This document shows positions 62,485-64,000 of a stretch of DNA of 64,000 nt, piece after piece. The stretch spans positions 864,001 to 928,000 of the forward strand of contig CAVSHO010000009.1 in assembly GCA_963727825.1 (NCBI GenBank), written 5' to 3'. A model generated the notes under the pieces. The model was not told where the DNA came from and did not search any database. It saw nothing but the letters and a program-made list of their open reading frames with translations. Made by a program: the position numbers and the translations under genes. Source of the DNA: Ignavibacteriota bacterium (lineage in GTDB: Bacteria; Bacteroidota; Ignavibacteria; UBA10030). Positions within the stretch are counted from its first letter, which is position 1. Each line of letters opens with the position of its first letter.

Positions 62485-62565
62485 ATTGTTAAATTAGGAG
62501 TTTGTTCTAAATGATTGCCTTGTTGATTATGTTGCGCCGTTGTCTAATGGAGTTTTTGGTACAGC

Positions 62566-62790
62566 TTATTTCTTTTCTTTTATTTGGCGGTACACTGTTA
62601 TGGCGCTATCAGGACAAACAATGGCGCAATTGATACATCCGGTACAAGAATCATTCTTTAATTGTACATATCTGTATCCTATCGAATTCAAATAGGGCGA
62701 TAATTCTAAACAATCCTGTGGACATGCTGCAACGCACAACTCGCACGCTTTGCAAATTTCTGTTGCAACGATAATTGTTCCTCGAATCAT
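62566..62790 (-). CDS. 2x[4Fe-4S] ferredoxin (delta subunit)
   Basis: CKACELCVAACP and CTGCINCAIVCP. Confidence 0.92.
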   Translation of the reverse strand: MIRGTIIVATEICKACELCVAACPQDCLELSPYLNSIGYRYVQLKNDSCTGCINCAIVCPDSAITVYRQIKEKK

Positions 62791-62863
62791 TTAATACTCC
62801 GATGGATTTCTTTGCATTAACCGATTAATTAAATAAGAAATCGTATATTAGTTTTTATTGACG

Positions 62864-62879
62864 CTCAAGTAATGTGCCA
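62864..62879 (-). promoter_or_regulatory. Candidate sigma-54 promoter for the oxidoreductase operon
   Basis: Minus strand TGGCAC-ATTAC-TTGAG, one mismatch from TGGCAC-N5-TTGC, about 75 bp upstream of the ferredoxin start. Confidence 0.4.
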
Positions 62880-63313
62880 CATTGCGCATTGCTTCAAGGA
62901 ACGACTTAAATGCTATATTTCAAAAGAAAAAAAAGGTGCTTGGCACTTTTAGGAAGATTACAGAACAGCTTTCCTGAAAGCGGCAATAGATAAAATAAAT
63001 GAATTGAAGCATTATTGCAATATAGTTCCATCGTCATTGTAACTCTTTGTTTCTTACTTTGCTATTCATCAATTCGTCCAAAGCCTATAAATAGGGAAAT
63101 CTTTCCAATATATAGTATTTCTGAAATTGTGACATCATACCTGCAATCATTTTTCACTCAAGATGGGAATCTATTTAAAGGCATATATATATAGTTATCT
63201 TTACATTTTGATGTAAACCATAAGACTTTTTTCCATAGCTTGATTATAGAAGGAAAAAAAACTAAAGTAATTCTAATATTTAATAATACTTAAATTATTT
63301 TATGGAGAATGTT

Positions 63314-64000
63314 ATGCAAAATTTCGATTTAACACTTAAGAATTTGAATAACCTCTTTCCAGAGAATTTCAGTGAAGAGCAAAAAGCAAAAGCAAAAACC
63401 ATTTTTTTAAAAGAACTTTCGCTTTTGTGTCATAAATTTTATAGGGGAAAAATAGCGACGATACCAAAAGCAGGAATTTACGGGTTTAACTGGTTTAATG
63501 TCTGGTACACGCCAGGTGTTTCAAAAATCTCTACTACGATTCGCGATAACAACGACACTTCGTTCGATTTGTCAAATCGTGGAAATTTAGTTGCAGTCGT
63601 TTCTGATTCAACACGTGTTCTTGGTGATGGCGATTGCACGCCCCCCGGCGGATTAGGAGTAATGGAGGGAAAAGGACTTCTTATGAAATACCTTGGCGGG
63701 GTCGATGCTGTCGCGCTTTGCATCAATTCTATCAATGCAAAAGGTGAACATGATGCAGACAAAATTATCGAATTTGTTAAAATGCTGGAGCCAAGCTTCG
63801 GAGCTGTAAACCTCGAAGATATTTCTCAGCCAAATTGTTTTAAAGTACTTGATACGCTGCGTGAGGAATGCAATATTCCCGTGTGGCATGACGATGCTCA
63901 AGGTACTGGCAGTGTGACGCTAGCAGGATTGATAAATGCCCTTCGCATTGTCGGTAAAGACATGAAAAATGTGAAGATTGTTTTCTTCGGCGCAGGAGCG
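63314..64000 (+). CDS. NAD(P)-dependent malic enzyme, 3'-truncated by window edge (absent from ORF track)
   Basis: ATG after GGAGA. Manual translation gives [31 protein letters not shown] and GAGA. Confidence 0.92.
   Translation, partial: MQNFDLTLKNLNNLFPENFSEEQKAKAKTIFLKELSLLCHKFYRGKIATIPKAGIYGFNWFNVWYTPGVSKISTTIRDNNDTSFDLSNRGNLVAVVSDSTRVLGDGDCTPPGGLGVMEGKGLLMKYLGGVDAVALCINSINAKGEHDADKIIEFVKMLEPSFGAVNLEDISQPNCFKVLDTLREECNIPVWHDDAQGTGSVTLAGLINALRIVGKDMKNVKIVFFGAGA

Noticed and set aside
63478-63901. Minus-strand ORFs at the window end
   Set aside because: Antisense to the malic enzyme gene, which the track missed because it has no stop inside the window.
1-64000. CRISPR arrays, tRNA/rRNA genes, prophage, integrase or transposase
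   Set aside because: I saw no regularly spaced repeats, cloverleaf or rRNA motifs, or recombinase ORFs by eye. A tRNAscan/Infernal run would be needed to exclude small RNAs fully.

Overview
64 kb of a moderately AT-rich bacterial chromosome. Gene content and style suggest the FCB group, probably an Ignavibacteria-like anaerobe (inference). Most of it is housekeeping and metabolism: an NRAMP-family transporter, ettA, gltA, hpnCD, rarA, ddl, two APC permeases, argCJBR-argG-argH with ARG boxes, lemA plus two htpX-like genes, ccmF, ald, a four-subunit 2-oxoacid:ferredoxin oxidoreductase and a partial malic enzyme. Many genes, including normally required ones (ddl, argG), are split by single indels, most likely long-read consensus errors. 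The best candidate for an undescribed system is a tight three-gene operon at 12957-18067. It encodes an exported WD40/Ig-like caspase-family protease with an intact His-Cys dyad, an exported DUF4384-type protein and a CHASE2 membrane adenylate cyclase, which suggests an envelope proteolysis-to-cAMP relay. Several signals are missed by the ORF track: an AT-rich two-gene insert followed by diverged copies of the 3' ends of both neighbouring genes (52-54.6 kb), a GNAT gene bracketed by a duplicated rarA 3' end, a collapsed hemY pseudogene, further orphan gene-tail remnants, a hairpin-enclosed perfect Shine-Dalgarno micro-ORF upstream of ettA, and a REP/MITE-like mosaic in front of an orphan HPPY-type DNA methyltransferase. 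I found no rRNA, tRNA, CRISPR array, integrase or transposase.
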